Shown here piece after piece: positions 61,844 through 62,510 of a DNA stretch of 62,510 nucleotides. Source of the stretch: Pseudomonadota bacterium. GTDB lineage: Bacteria; Pseudomonadota; Gammaproteobacteria; JAKAQQ01. Within the stretch, counting starts at the first letter, position 1. Each line of letters opens with the position of its first letter. The stretch is from positions 1 through 62,510 of the forward strand of contig DAHVLZ010000014.1 of assembly GCA_027320085.1 (NCBI GenBank). Direction: 5' to 3'. Both the position numbers and the translations under genes were made by a program. The notes under the pieces are model-generated. The model was not told the DNA's origin, searched no databases, and was given only the letters and a program-made list of their open reading frames with translations.

Positions 61844-62510
61844 TGGCTTCGTGGATGAAGTGGTCGATGTTGGCCTCGAGCGCGTGACGCGAGTCACGAC
61901 TGATGTAGAGGACGTGCCCGCTGTAATAGAACCGGAAGTGCACGTGACCCTGGAGGGCCCGCGGTAGTCCCAAGTGATCCATCGTGTAGAGGGTGGCGTA
62001 GAAGGGGGTGCCGAGGTCAAAGTATCCACTGTTCACGAGGAGCTGGAGATGCGGGTTCGTGACCATGGCCCGCTCCAGGTCCGGTGCCACGTTGGTATAG
62101 CCTCCACGGCCGCCTGCACCGAAAAAAGCCGGACGATGCTTCCATTTCCAGTGGCGCAGGGCCTGAAAGCTCAGCATCGTATAGTGCCGCTTGGAATGGT
62201 AGCGGAGAACGGTCTCGACGTACCAGTTGTAGGCATCCGTGAGAGGTCCGTTGATGGCATCCGACATCGTGGAGTAGAGGGCTGCGGGAAGCATGGGATT
62301 CAACTTGTAGCCGGCGTATCGCCCGTCCAGACGCCCGACCTGACGATCCCGGGAATTCAGCAAGAGGCCCTGGAATTCGGATCCGGTGAGGCGGAGGTTG
62401 GCGCGGCGCCAGATATGGGCGGGGATGCTGGTGTAGTGGACCAGTTTGGAGATGACGGCGTTTTCGGTGGTGGTGGGCAGGGTTTCACCCATCATGAGGG
62501 CATGGGCGTA
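61833..62510 (-). CDS. Peptidase S10 serine carboxypeptidase, C-terminal part (runs off window)
   Basis: GRLDGRY, DL..AM..NPHL......GYFDL.TP, YYSGHVLY (catalytic D and H). Confidence 0.85.
   Translation of the reverse strand, partial: YAHALMMGETLPTTTENAVISKLVHYTSIPAHIWRRANLRLTGSEFQGLLLNSRDRQVGRLDGRYAGYKLNPMLPAALYSTMSDAINGPLTDAYNWYVETVLRYHSKRHYTMLSFQALRHWKWKHRPAFFGAGGRGGYTNVAPDLERAMVTNPHLQLLVNSGYFDLGTPFYATLYTMDHLGLPRALQGHVHFRFYYSGHVLYISRDSRHALEANIDHFIHEATRA

Overview
High-GC proteobacterial chromosome segment, probably Gammaproteobacteria; the gene content suggests an acid-tolerant, amino-acid-catabolising organism (inference). Bases 1-2750 are the end of a mobile island: an AlpA/Xis-like HTH gene, a class II Fic gene, a tRNA/tmRNA T-arm-like scar and an in-frame IS630/IS1634 chimeric transposase remnant. 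The core is dense housekeeping DNA: OmpR-type two-component system divergent from an RND pump, slt-proS, ilvC-pssA-udg-rimI-prfC-MFS, moxR-DUF58-tgpA, ALDH, ribBX-ribH-nusB-thiL-pgpA-Ser/Thr kinase, xseB-ispA-folE2 (no dxs), rubrerythrin-FeS oxidoreductase-DUF3501, parE, kbl-tdh-sulfotransferase, an L-Ara4N (arn) operon with split arnA, icd-putA-sdaA and an Mla/Mce ABC system. It ends with tRNA-Thr(CGT), an IS481 remnant, a SYLF lipoprotein and a partial S10 peptidase. Best leads: (1) a family-4 uracil-DNA glycosylase with a Pol III psi (HolD)-like N-terminal peptide in the holD position; (2) a candidate Ile-Val-Ile leader peptide with an RBS-sequestering hairpin before an ilvC with active-site substitutions; (3) four apparently leaderless transcripts; (4) the IS chimera. 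All calls come from motif recognition by eye; no searches were run.
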